DNA of 64,000 bases from contig NC_087437.1 of the NCBI RefSeq assembly GCF_036321535.1, positions 29,514,001-29,578,000 on the forward strand. The letters run 5' to 3'. Below the pieces are notes generated by a model. That model was not told the DNA's origin, made no database searches, and saw only the letters and a list, made by a program, of their open reading frames with translations. The stretch comes from Camelus dromedarius. Taxonomy: Eukaryota. Shown here one piece after another: positions 26,316 to 39,312 of the stretch; within the stretch, counting starts at the first letter, position 1; each line of letters begins with the position of its first letter. The translations under genes were made by a program, and so were the position numbers.

Positions 26316-28105
26316 AAATAAAAACAGGAAAAGATAACCCTTATCTTATGGTGCCTTGATTAGAGAAGACTTAAAGACACCATTCTTTTAAGTTTCCCTG
26401 TTATTTGAAACCTGGAGGCTTTTATATCCTGTAAGAAGATTCAGTGTGGGTTGGGAGTAAAGGAGGAGAAGGACACTTGTGAAAGAAAAAGGGGAACATC
26501 TTGACATTACTCAGACAGATCAGTTTCAGGGAAATGTACCCATGGAAGTTTACCCTCTGGAAAATGAATTCCTTTAAAACTGTCTGTGTCCCTGGGAAGT
26601 CTCTGGGTATCCTCCAGGTCTAAGTACTCTTCAGTTTGAGGACTACTGGTGCGGTCTATTTCAGGAGTGTCACTTGTATAAAACATTGAAAATCACTTGA
26701 CACCATGACTTGCCTCCAGCCATAATTTCTTTGAGCTGCTGTGATAAGATGTAGTTGCTGAAATGAAAGGACTTCCACCCACCCACTCCTATCGCCAAGT
26801 TCTCTCTACCTTCTAATTCCTTAACCATTTTCTTGAAAGCATATCAAGCAGTCTCCAGACTTTCATTTTATCTTCCAATGTACTTTCTTTCCTCTCTCTT
26901 TTTTTTTTTTTTTGCTCTAGTTTTTGTAACAGATCCAGCATTATCATTTTTACACAACTTGTCAGCCGTTAAGGGACAAAATATATGACAGAAATAAAGA
27001 CCAAGGGTTGGAAGCTACATGTTGCAGAATCCACTCATCTCTGACGGTGAGGGGAACACGATGAAGAAAGCTCATTGGCCCAGAGTGTAAAGTACCATCT
27101 GTGGAACTGGCTTTCATTGGCTGAAAAAACACGAGTGGTCCAATTGTGAGGAAAGAAAAATAGACGTGAATGTGCTCAGATGAATATGTACTCAAGCTGT
27201 TTATGTTGGAATGTTTTTATTACGATTTATACACACACATGTGTGTGTCTTTTGTGTGTTTGAGGAATAATTTGATGTTAGTATTTTTAGTATTGTTATA
27301 GCAAGTCAGGCTGCATGGGTGGTATTTAAATAGGCATTTGTGTTGTGGGAAGAACAGTTGAGTTGGAAGTGACAAGTGATGTAAGAAGACACACAATGGG
27401 GAAGATGGGTCACATTAGTGGAGCAGGGAGGGGAGAAAGACAAGAAGGGAACGTGAAGCTGGGGAAGAGTCAGAATTACCTCATCATGAAAATTAGTCTG
27501 AAACCTGAGAGACCTTCCAGTTCCCAAACACTGGCACCATGGCCAAGAGGTCTCGCTGTTCTGTCTGGAAGGGTTTCCAGCTCCCTCATTGTGTAGATGA
27601 ATTCTTAAAATGAATTCTCACCTTTGAAAGTAACCTGGGTCAATTTCTGTTCGTTCTGACAAGGATATTGCCTTACAGGTTTTTTCTAAAAGTAGTATTC
27701 TTAATATACTTTGTTTATAGCAAAGTAGCAAAATTTGATGACTGACCATGTATTTTAAATAATTCATGTCTTAACCTACTTTATAAAAACATGATTTCAT
27801 TTTTAAAAACTTGTGTTTACATGTATGAAGACATGTCTGGAAAATGTGCCAAAATATCATCTATAGTTAATTCTGAGATTATGAGTTTTTTTTTTAATCT
27901 AAATGTGTCCTCTTTTTGCTACCTGTGTTTTTATTCATTTTTTGACTACAATATAGTCAGATCTGCCTCAAAAACAAAAGGTCTGTGTTGTTTTAAAATA
28001 AAAAGTTATTTTAAAAAGCTACTCATAAAAAAAATTGTGAAAATATGTTTCAGAAAGAAATTTTGTACTTTAAGGAAAAGATTCTAACAAAATAGAATTA
28101 CCCCA

Positions 28106-28222
28106 TTAGATTGTAAGCTCCCAGCAAAAGGACCTCTTCTGTGCCGTTCATCTGTGTCTTCCCAGTATTTAGAAAGATACTTGACAAGAAGCAGTTCCTT
28201 AATGAATATTTGTTTCATGAAC
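28106..28222 (+). mobile_element. L2 3' end
   Basis: ttagattgtaagctccc...aatgaatatttgtttcatgaa. Confidence 0.6.
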
Positions 28223-28857
28223 AACTCTCCGCACATAAAACAACTGAAATATTAACATCTCTACGTATTCTTAACACCACTGCACATCTCTTATTAATTT
28301 CAAAATAACTTGAGAAAGACTCAATACAGAAGGACTGTACCTTTGTATTCCTTTGTCAAGTACTTAATGCAGTATAGGAAACAACCTCAAATAAATGAAG
28401 TATAATGAATAGAAATCCTTAATTAACCACTCTCTTGTGTTCCATTTTAGGAAGGCAAGGAGCATATTTCTTAGTAAGAAATAAATCAGTAACAAGGCTG
28501 CATTTCTCAGGACTGCCTGTTATTAGCCATCAAAGAGAGGGCTTATTATGGACAGCATTGGGTAGACCAGTGTGTGGACCTCTGCATCTCAGAAAGATAT
28601 AAACAAGAACGTAAACAGAAAAGGGCTACCTGTTGTTTATCCAGAAAAATCACAAGCAGAAGTGTTATGGAAATTCCACACATGGTAATTAATTGCCATT
28701 TTTGAAGTCCTGAGCTAAAGGATGACCACTACCTCCTCTAATCTTGAGGTTTATCTAATACATTCTATACTACTTGACGCTGTAATCTAGCCCTCCTTGA
28801 GAAAGCTTGTTTGCCTAGGTTTAGTTGGAAATGAATATGAACGCCTACACACTAGAT

Positions 28858-29035
28858 GAGTGGTTCTCAACTCTGGTGGAACATGAGAATCACAGGTGAC
28901 TGAAAACTGCCAATGCCTAAGCTCCACCACAAACCAATGAAACCAGCATCCTAGGGGTCTGGGCTGGGGACTGTGCATTCTTACTTTTTTTCAGTCTCTC
29001 CTGTAATTTGGTGTGCAGCTGGGATGGAGAGCCTG
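28858..29035. mobile_element. MER5A-like hAT MITE
   Basis: agtggttctcaactctgg...agaatcac...gtgcagctgggatggaga. Confidence 0.7.
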
Positions 29036-29629
29036 TATGGATTATGAGCTTCTTAAATTGTTTACCATGTTTCATTTGCCTTTTTATCCCAGTGCTTACC
29101 ATACTGCCCAGTATGCAAGGCCTCCTAAAACTCACAGTGCAGTTTTAAGCTTTAATAACTTTAGAAGTTTAAATGGCACTAACTCACAGGAAGCATTATT
29201 TGAAAGTTTAGATATATTTCAATTTCACATATACTTACTTATTTCAGGACTTTTGATCAGTAGACTTAATTTTTTGCTTTAGTCCTTCCCAATTAAGGTG
29301 GCAAAGATTGTCTGAAAAATAATTAAAATTAAAAATATATTTGTTCAAAGTATATTTGATTTTGAATAAATTTGATTGATTTCATTTGAGAAAATCAAGT
29401 AAGTGTGGATGAACTGAAATTAATTAACCTTTTCAAGTTTTCTTATTTGTTAGTTTGTAGCATACATGTGTGTGCGTGCGTGTGTATGTGTATGTGAAAA
29501 TACTAAAATTTGAAGTGACCCTAAAACTTTTGGAATATGCTCAATGGTAAGGGATCAATAATTATACAGTTGAATTTGCATGGAAATGTTGAAAACCACT
29601 ATTAAAGGTCTTATTTCAGATCTATTCTC

Positions 29630-30080
29630 ATGTAAAGGTAGGAATGCTTTTGGCTGCATGTAAAAGAAAACAGTGGCTTTAAAACATAGAGTTTATCTTC
29701 ATCTAACAAAAAGTCTGGGAAAAAAACAGCTTCTGATGTTGATTTAGTGGTTCAACAATGTCAGGGCAGCACTCAGCCTTTCCCCAGGACCACAAAATGA
29801 CTTCATAGTTTCAGGCTACACAGTTAAATTTATGTCAGAAAGAGGGGTTGGGGTACTGCCAAGGGCTGCTAGTGACTGATATTTTTATTAGGAAAAAAAC
29901 ATATCCTTTCCTAAAATCCCCCCAGCAGATTTTCATTTAGGTTTTATTAGGTGAAAGTATGACATGTCACCCTCTAGTTAGATGAGTTACTAGAGTATTG
30001 AGTATTTAACTTTTCCATCTTCTATTTTCTTGGCAAGCAAGAGAGGAGAGTTGGACTCAATTAGCCAACCAAAGGTCTCT
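29630..30080 (-). mobile_element. Old MaLR LTR (MLT1J/K-like)
   Basis: gcttttggctgcatgtaaaagaaaacagtggctttaaaaca; cccccagcagattttcatttagg. Confidence 0.55.
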
Positions 30081-31269
30081 CATCCCTGATCTTGTTATGT
30101 GTTTTTCATCTTCTTTCTTCATCTATTGTATGAAGCCAACTGCTTCTAAAGCCAATGGACCTGTCAATCATTAGGGAATATTCTTGTTTCTTCTATAAAA
30201 GTGAAAAATGTTTTAGAGAAACAGAACTTTTCCTTTAAGACTCCCTTTCTTAATAGTAAACTTTGCAGTCAGAAATCTGCTTTCTCAATTCATGGAGAAG
30301 ACTTCAGAATCTCCTCTAATGATGGAACCAATATGGTAAAAGCCATTAATGAAGGTAGCTGAGTGTTTCTCTCTCTGCAAAGCGCTGTCAGTGGGAAGCA
30401 GTCAATGTGACAATGACAAGTTCAAGCTGAAGTCTTGTAGAGAGATTTCATTTTTCTTTAGATTAAACTGCAACATAGACTATTGTACTTTTCAAAGTTC
30501 TACTTTTTAAGCCTTGTAGGATGCTTTGTTTTGACTTTGCCCTCATTCTCTGGTGTCTCTTTATATTTTACTGTTTCCTCCTAAAATGGGATTTTGGACA
30601 CAACTCCAATTTTCAGTTGTCAGACTTTTACTTTTCTTTCTTTCTTTTTTTTTCTGACAAGAATATAATTCTTACCCTCATCCAGTAATCATTATATGGA
30701 ATTGGAATTTTTTTGTTGTTTTGTCTTGTTTCTAAAGACAATCCATAATGTACCAGCTTTATATGTACATTTTCTAAAAAGCAAGCAAACTAAAACAAGA
30801 TAACTTTAAACATATAGTGCATTTTGTACTAGGAAAAAAGTAAAGTTTAGGCTGTTGGTATAATAATGTATATATTCGGATAAGGACCAGATGTATTCAT
30901 TAAATTTACTGCTATGATAGAAAGCATAAGATATTTTTAGCAGTTTAAGTAACTGTGATTTATTGTATACAATAAGTATTAATAAGTGGAAGTGAAAAAG
31001 TGATCCTTCCAAATTTAGAACCTACTAAAACTTTCAGAGTTTGGGTCTAATAAACACGGATGCTTAGCAAACATAATTTTGTTGTTTTAAGAAAGGCTTT
31101 CCTAGCTGCATTTGCTTGGGTTAAGCATAAGTTAATCAGAAATCTTGTACTGCATAGCCCTTACTGATTTGGGGGTCTAAGAATGTACTTCCTATGGCAT
31201 AACTGGGATTTTAATGACACTGTAGATACATTTAGTCACCTTTTAGTCAGGTGTTTATAAACACCTGTT

Positions 31270-32190
31270 TTTTCATTCAGTAAGTATTTACTGGCACTGT
31301 CTGATCTGCCTAAAACTGCAGAGGGCTGGGGTGGGGTACTGTGTATATCAATGAACCAGACAATGATCATGGCACTATAGGCTCATGAAAAGGCTGATAG
31401 ACAAGGCAATAAACACGGAAGCACACAAGGAAAGACTTACTTGCAATTTGTAATAAGTAAGCATGATGGAGAATGAGACCCTACTGTTGACTGAGTAACA
31501 AGTTAAAGTCTCTGAGGCAGCGATGTTTAAGAAGAGAGTTGACCAACAAGAAGTAAAGAGTGATGCACACTTTTAGGGGGAAAGGTTATTCCTGGCAGAT
31601 GGAACATGGCATGAGGGGCTCCAGCAGTGTGAATGAGGTTAGTACATTTAAGAAGCTGAGAGAAGGCCCTTGTGTCTGGGGCATTTTGAGCAAAAAGAAT
31701 ATGTATGTATGTATGACATGAAGTTAAAGAATAAGGCTGATGGTCAGGTCATGTAAGTTCATGTTATGTAATGATAAGGATTTGAAATTTCATCCCATAT
31801 GGAAGGAAGCTATTGAAGAATTTTGGATGAGGTAAAAAATAAGGTCAGGTTTTATATATATATATATATACTTTTTAAGTTGTGTGGAAAATGTATTGGT
31901 GAGGTTAACAAGACAAATACCAAGAGAAGTTTCTCAAGAATTTTGCAAATATTACCCATTCTCTTTCCCTATAGGGAATAGAGAAATCAGTTGAGATTAG
32001 TACAGTTATCTAGGTGAAAAATGAGAGTTGCTTGGACTGGAGTTGTAGCCATGAATATGTGAATATGTAGACAGATATTTTGGAAACACAATTGACAGGA
32101 CCTGTTGAAAGATTGGCAGTAGCCATGAGGAAGAGACAGGAGTGAGAGTTGGCTGCCAGGATTCTGGCTTGAGGAGATCAGAAAAACAGC
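31270..32190 (-). mobile_element. L2 fragment
   Basis: ttcattcagtaagtatttactg; ggaagctattgaagaattt; ctaggtgaaaaatgagagttgcttggactggag. Confidence 0.65.
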
Positions 32191-32249
32191 TCTGGAAAGA
32201 GAGATCAAGGATTTAATTTTGAAAAAGAGAACCACAACACACTTGATCC

Positions 32250-32371
32250 ATGACACCTCTTGTAACTTATATATCAAATTTGGAATAATGCAGACATTAA
32301 GATTAACCCTACATGTGGGTGGTTCACACGTTGGAAAAGTGGTATATAATTAAGAAAAAAAAAAAAAAAAG
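32250..32371 (+). pseudogene. Highly decayed U6 snRNA retrocopy with poly(A) tail
   Basis: Colinear with U6 over its whole length with one 3-nt gap (tatatcaaatttggaataatgcaga vs TATACTAAAATTGGAACGATACAGA); about 58/106 identities by hand count; followed by an A-run. Confidence 0.5.
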
Positions 32372-32449
32372 AGGAAAAGAAAAGCTGATTACACTCCTAA
32401 TAGGAAAAGTATAAGGAAAAAACCAACCTAAAATAAACAGTATGCTAAG

Positions 32450-32870
32450 ATTAAAGAAGTAACATCAAGTGTATTACTTTATAAACAAATTAATTCAAGT
32501 CTCTCTAACAGGACAAGATGGGCTTTAAAAAAAAGTTATCTGTTATCCACAACAAACAAACTTAATGTGATAATTAGAGTTAGAAAATGTAAGGGTGGTC
32601 AAAAAGATGCTAAGAAATTCTAATTAAAAAATCAAGAGTGACAAATAATATTAGTCAGGGTGAAATATAAGGATCGGTAACTAACTCAGACAGAGAGACA
32701 GTAAGTTATGATAGAAAGCATAATTATGAAGCAAATATAGCAGTCATAAGCCCATGCATCAAACAACATAGCAACTATACTCATATTATAAAAAAAAACT
32801 ATATCTATTAGGAGAATATGAAAAAAAAACCTTTATGCTGGGAGATTTTAATATACCTCTTTGGCATCAA
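32450..32870 (+). mobile_element. Ancient L1 ORF2 endonuclease-region relic
   Basis: A-rich; tgctgggagattttaatatacctct corresponds to the GDFN motif. Confidence 0.5.
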
Positions 32871-35704
32871 TCATATCTGTAAGGTAACTAAGGAATGTTT
32901 ATTATTAATTAATAACAGTCAAAAATCTTTATATTATCTATGTTAAGAGTGGGATGTCTCCCCATGAAGACATCGAGTAGGCAGCCCAGGGCACAGAACT
33001 GCAACCTTGTGATGCTTCCTCTGCACATAGTGCCTGCGTGGCCACATGTGCATTTACACAGGGATGTGATGAGTTCTTTTAGTGTCTTGGGACCTACAAA
33101 AACTAGAGGCTGACATTCCTCTGACCAGGCCTTGTTTTGTTTAGCTCCATTACAATGGAACAAAAGTTTTAGGACATTAAGACACAGAGACAATTCAAAA
33201 AGGTTTCACTACCTATTTATTATCTAATGAAGAAAATCCTAAGCAGTAACCAGATATTGCATATGCTGCTTGCAGTCTTCCAGCAAATACTTCTTCATAG
33301 GCCAAGCAGCCTGGACACCTGACCTCCCCTGGCTTACTTGTCCCCTGGAAAAATACAGAGAGAAGGCAACCCACAGACAGGCTTCAGTGTAGTTACTAAG
33401 CAGTTATTTTCATGGAGAGGTATATTCTAAGTTGTTTTATTACCTTCCCTGGCGCAGAAACCAAGGACCCCAAGTGACATCCAGTTACACTTCTTACTTC
33501 ATTTGAGGCAGATTCAGTGGTGACATCAAATCACAACATTCTTAACCTCATTTGTGTGCCAAAAGACAAGATTTTTTTCTATTCTCTGAAATAAACTTCA
33601 AGTAGCAAGTGTATATAATTGGCTAGACAAAGAGATTTCTCACAGGAATTTGCAATATGTGTAATTTGTCTTCTATCCTTGTTACAGTATGTAGAGCTTA
33701 TCTTGTGGGAAGTGAGTGGGAAAAGGGCACAGGAGTCTTTTTGCAACTTGGTTATTAGTCACAACTTAACTAATACCGTATCCTCCCCAAAAGAGATGAG
33801 CGATGCCGTAGCATTGTGATATCAGAGCCAACCCTGTAATACTTGGTGCTGGAAGTAGAATAAGATGAGGACGCTAGTCATGGATGAAAAGAGAAAGACA
33901 CTGATTAAAAATAATTCTAAGGTTGAGCATGAGTTTCTGAGAAAGCTCAGAATAAGGATCAAGTTTTGGAAGAGAAATGAATTCAGCTTAAAACAAATTA
34001 AATGTTTGCTACCAGTGGGATCCCGAAATGTGAATTTCTTCCAAGCAGCTGGAAGTGTGGGCGATGTCCAGAAGATAGATTGGAGGAGGAGGAGTTATTT
34101 GGGTTTAGTCCACACAGAGGAAATGTGTTTATGAGTGTTAACCAAGTTCCTTTTTAGAAAATGTATTTTGTAGTTGCTGACATTATTTACCTGATACTTT
34201 GTTGTCTAAACTTGTGTCTTAGAAAAGAAAAATGTTTATATAAATTATAATAATCTTAGTAAATACTTAAAACAGAGTTTAAGTAATCATTTGTCTCAGA
34301 CATTTTGTCTCTCAGGTTGGTAAAAGGACCCTTGACAATAAACCAGATTTTAAACTTACTCTTATTTTTAGAGTATCCACATTTAAAATAATGTATATAT
34401 ATACATCCACACACATTCAAGTAAAAATAACAGAAAAGGTTTTGCAAGTACATCTCAGGTTAAAGAAAAGATAAAATAGTGAATTTTATGAAAAAGTGAT
34501 GGTTTGGTCTCTAGCTATTCAGTTCTACTTTGATTCAAGGAGTCTTAATCTCCTTTCCTGCCGCTGTTCCCACACACAGTATCCAGTCTCACTCCCCACA
34601 CCCTGCCTCCCCTCAGAGTCTTACAAGTGCCTAGAACTGCCGCATGCTGGCGTTTCCTTGGTGATAACAGAGCAGGAGGTTCTCCTTGTCCTTCCTGGCC
34701 ATTCTTCCTCTCCTTTGCCTGTTACCACCCTTACTTTTCTATCCACTTCTCCAGGCTCCATCTACTTGGTCTCTGAAAGAAGAAAAACTGGTTCCTCAAG
34801 TTGGCACCCAAGTATCTTCTACTGTTTAAAATTTGCTTTTGCATTGGGTGAGGCAGGGAGAAAGAACTGAGGAGAAAATGAGGGAATATTCGTAATTCTA
34901 TCACGCCACACTCATAGCATGTTTTATTTTTCTTTTATAATAAAAGATGTTAGGCAGTGTTTCCTACCTTCCCCTCAAATTAAAAGATTTTTTAAAATAG
35001 GAGTCATGTTTTAGCCCAGTTAGTTAATCAGTGTTCAGTGAGTCAGGACATGAGTGAATGAATGAACAAGTGAATGAACTTTTATTCTTGGGTGGTAAGG
35101 ATGTTTGAATAGGGCTTTTTCAGTTTACAAGTTTTTAAATATATATTTTTTATTACTTAACTCTTGATAGAATTACATGAAGTAACTTTAGATAAGAAAA
35201 AAACTAAGATAATTGTTAAGTCAAGATGTGAATGTAGGTCTTCTGAATCCAGTTAGTTGCCATTTTTACTTTTATTTTATGTCTTTGGAAGAAAGAGAGA
35301 AATTAGAGGAGTGATGTTCTAGGCTAGAGAAGGAAGATGTTTATTAAGTGATCCATGTGGATTAGGCCAACAAAGGCCGCTAAAGTCAGTGGAAGCAGCA
35401 ACTCATTCAGATAAACCCCAACTGGGATTTCCTTCCTCTTGGTACCTGATGCTGCCCCAGGCTCCTGAGGCTACAGTACTTGGATTTATATGTCCCAAAT
35501 CTTGACTGCCATGTCCTGTTCTCTATTCCATGACATGAAGACTTTGGTTTTCTGACTGCTGGCCCCATCACCTCACAAAATTTCTTTGGTAAGACCTTGT
35601 GCAAATCCCTCTTGTGGAACCTGTATGACTAAAGCCACTCCCAGTTCCCCCTCAGAGTAAGAGCAATACCTGATCACGTGTCCCTAAGCTGTCTCTTGCT
35701 ATTA

Positions 35705-35950
35705 ATGGCTATAAAGATTACTGCGGTTATTAAGGACCTACTGTGTGCTAAATATTGTGCTGATCCCTTTAAATGTTTATTCATCCTCCAGTATGCCTAT
35801 GGCGTTTATATTACAATTCCCATTTTACTATCAAAGCAACTGAGATCAGAAGAGTAAGGCAACGTAGCTAAGGCCAGGGACTCAGCTGATGAGTGCTGGA
35901 GCTGTGTGTCAACCTCAGCTCTGACTGACGACAAAGCCCAGGTTCTTACA
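35705..35950 (-). mobile_element. MIR
   Basis: ggacctactgtgtgcta...ttcccattttac...aactgagatcaga. Confidence 0.6.
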
Positions 35951-36408
35951 TTGCGTTAGACAATTGGTACAAATACTGTATCTTCAGTGAGTCCTTCTTG
36001 CCTCCAGTCACTCATGGTTGCTGTATCCTGCCTTGTTTTTCTTCACTGACTCGCTGATTATTTATCTCCATTGACTAGAGCTTAATCTTTCAAAAAGCAG
36101 GGATTTACCATTTTTGTTCACTGTTCACTTCTCTGGTATGTGGAACAGAATCTGCTAGGTGTCTGTCAATACTTTTTTACTTTAATATATGAATGTATGA
36201 TTCTATGGAATACTTGCTCTTTCACTGTCTAACTATATTTTCCTTAATATTTTCTCTGTAAGAATAAAGGCAAATTTATGTAGAAAAATAAAGAAACAGT
36301 ACCAGAGGCAATCTAGGTAACACTGAGCAACAGGAGGATTAACTGATGTTTTTGACGTTGTGAATGCATTTCCATGTTAAGGTATTTCAGCCCTGCGTTA
36401 CTGACAGA

Positions 36409-36776
36409 TGTACTAGTCAGCTTATGATACTGCAGCAAACATTCCCCAAATCTCACAACAAACGCTTGCTCACTTTACATGAAGGTTGTAATCAGCTGCA
36501 GATCTGCTGATCTTGACTTAGCTCCACAAATCTTCCCACCCTAAGTACCAGGCTAAAGAACAGCCACTAATCTGGGGTATAATGTTCTCATAGCAGAAAG
36601 CAGATGCTCACTGAGGGACACAGCCAAGCCACACAAGCATGTTCAATACTCTGCCTATTCACATTCCATCACCCTAGACTAGTGACATGGTCAAGGTCAA
36701 TGCCAGTGGGAACTCAATGTCTATAGGAGTTCAGGGCAAGGTCAGGGAGAAACTGAGTAACACAGTCTATTACACA
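36409..36776 (-). mobile_element. Old MaLR LTR (MLT1K-like)
   Basis: tgtactagtcagcttatgatactgcagcaaacattccccaaatctca. Confidence 0.5.
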
Positions 36777-37762
36777 GGTATTGTATTTCTACATTCTGTT
36801 GCCTTTCTCCCTTCGTCTAAGATCTTTTCCTTCACTATTTACATACATTTGTAAATGTCCCATCTTATGTTCTTTACCAAGTTTTTTTTCTTCTCTGTGT
36901 AAGCTGTACCCCACTTGTTACTACTGAATGTTCTCATTTTTAAAGAAATACTCATTTTCTTTTCATAACCATTTGTTTCATTAGTGCAGACATTGTGATT
37001 TTGAATATATATTCCTAATTTACTGACTTTCAAATTTGCTGTTATTGACAAATTTAATCTTATTCAGTCAAATACAACCTAAGTCCATGAGAACCAAGGT
37101 CATTGGAAAAACCCTCTTTTGGTGAACACAAAGATATCATAAGATGGTTTTCCATAACAAAATAATATAAATTTGTATTTTCAGCTGTAAAAAATCTCAC
37201 TTGTTTAGTCAGAGAAAATACAGGCCTAGTTTTAAAGACTTTGTTAAGTACCATGACAATTTTGCTGTTCTTGGAAGAGCTTTATCAATATTTCATCATG
37301 ATACTCTTCTCTGCAGGAGAACCTAAGAAAAATATTCTATTAATCACGCTGATATTAAAGCTATCTGTCACTTGTAGCATGCATATGCAATAAAGTAATC
37401 AGATAAAACTGATATCAGAGACAAATGGCCCACATTAAAAATGTCTGCTCTAACTTCTAAAATTGGTCCTTTTTATGATGATCTCAATAACTAAGCCTTT
37501 CAATTTGCAAATGAAGATAAATGCTAAATAATTTTTTAAATTCTGAATTGTGAAACAGGATAAAGAAAGGCCTAAAGTGGCTAACAGTGTAACAGCTCAA
37601 AGAAATACTTTCAAATTTTTCCAGGCAAATAAATTTTTTTAGCTGCAATAATATTATTTAATATACAGTTTATAGTCAAAAGTGTCCTCTGTAGCTTTCC
37701 CCCCTCCTTGGCCCCAATCAAGATCATATGTTGCATTTAGTTGTCAAGTCTCTTTGGCATCC

Positions 37763-38647
37763 TTTTTTTTTTTTTTAATATATCTTTATTGAAGTACAGT
37801 CAGTTTACAATGTTATATCAGTTTCTTGTGTACAGCATAATATTTCAGTCACATAGGAACATACATACTTTCGTCCTCATATTCTTCTTCATCGTAGTTT
37901 ACTACAAGATACTGAATGTGGTTCCCTGTGCCATACAATGTACTTTTTGTTCATCTATTTTATATATATTAGTTAGTATCTGCAAATCTCAAACTCCCAA
38001 TCTATCCCTTCCCACCTCTTTCCCCAACTGGTAACCGTAAGTTTGTTTACTCTGTCTATGAGTCTATTTCTGTTTTGTAAATAAGTTTGTTTGTCTTTTC
38101 TTTTTCTTTTTTTTTTTAGATTCCACATATAAGTGATACTATGTGGCACTTTTCTTTCTCTTTCTGGCTTACTTCACTTAGAGTGACATTTTCCAGGTTC
38201 ATGCATGTTGCTACAAATGGCATTATTTTATTCTTTTTCTTGGCTGAGTAGTATTCCATTGTATAAATATACTACTTCTTTATTCAGTCATCTGTTGATG
38301 GACATTTAGGCTGTTTCCATGTCTTGACTATTGTAAATAGTGCTGCTCTGAAATTGGGGTGCATGTGTCTTTTTGAATTGTGGTTCCCTCCAGATATATG
38401 CCCAGGAATGGGATTGCTTGATCATATGATAAGTCTATTTTTAGTCTTTTGAGGACTCTCCATACTGTTTTCCATAGCAGCTGCACCAAACTACATTCCC
38501 ACCAACAGCATAGGAGGGTTCCCTTTTCTCCGCACCCTCTCCAGCATTTATTGTTTGTGGACTTTTGAATGGTGGCCATTCTGACTGGTGAGAGGTGATA
38601 CCATGAAAAAATGCTCAATATTGCTAATTATCAAGAGAAATGCAAAT
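37763..38647 (-). mobile_element. Lineage-specific L1 3' end with a short 5' inversion
   Basis: Poly-T tail and 3'UTR; ORF2 C-terminus ([37 protein letters not shown]); 38602-38647 is in the opposite orientation. Confidence 0.93.
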
Positions 38648-38869
38648 ATGTTTATTACTAGCTATTTTCTTGGACATTGACTTCAAATTGTCCAAAATTG
38701 TACTAATAATGAAACTGCTAGAAGCATGTGAACTTAAGCAAGTTTCTTATATATTTGGGTATCAGTTTGTTTGAATATAAAGAGACTAGAATCAGTATGT
38801 TCCATATGTCCTGTTAGTCCATAGGAAACAAGGAAGGAATTGGATGAGGGGACACCAGTAGCATAGAGA

Positions 38870-39312
38870 ATGCTATGCGACAGACAGTTATTTACCTCCC
38901 AATGTCCATTCTTCCCAATTTCCTCAACATTAGAATCCTGATTTGGTTCAGACTGAATGTTCCTGCTTTAAAATCTCACTTCCACAGACATCAGACTTCC
39001 TGAGAGCATCTGGTCCAATTCTGGCATGAAATTTAAGTAATAGCCTACTGGGTGAGACACCTAAGAAAGCAACTGTAATATAATGCCTACAGATGTAGGA
39101 TTCTTCCTGAAAACTTTAGGTAGGCGATCACCCAGTAACACTAGCTGAGCAGAAAGATAGAAAGAGCTCAGATGACTTAATGAAGCCACAAAACCAGCCC
39201 TGGACTGCCTGGCCTGGACTTCTTTTTATGTGGAGGAAAAAAAATCTCTCTTTAGGTAAGCCAGTGTAATTGGATTTCTGTTTCGTGCTGCTGACCCAAC
39301 CCATAAATCATA
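38870..39312 (+). mobile_element. Old MaLR LTR (MLT1J-like)
   Basis: cccaatgtccattcttccc...ccagccctggactgcct...taagccagtgtaattggatttctgtt. Confidence 0.6.

Noticed and set aside
37245..37322. Minus-strand acceptor followed by FSCREEYHDEILIKLFQEQQNCH
   Set aside because: Short, weak donor, unrecognised peptide; expected by chance in 64 kb.
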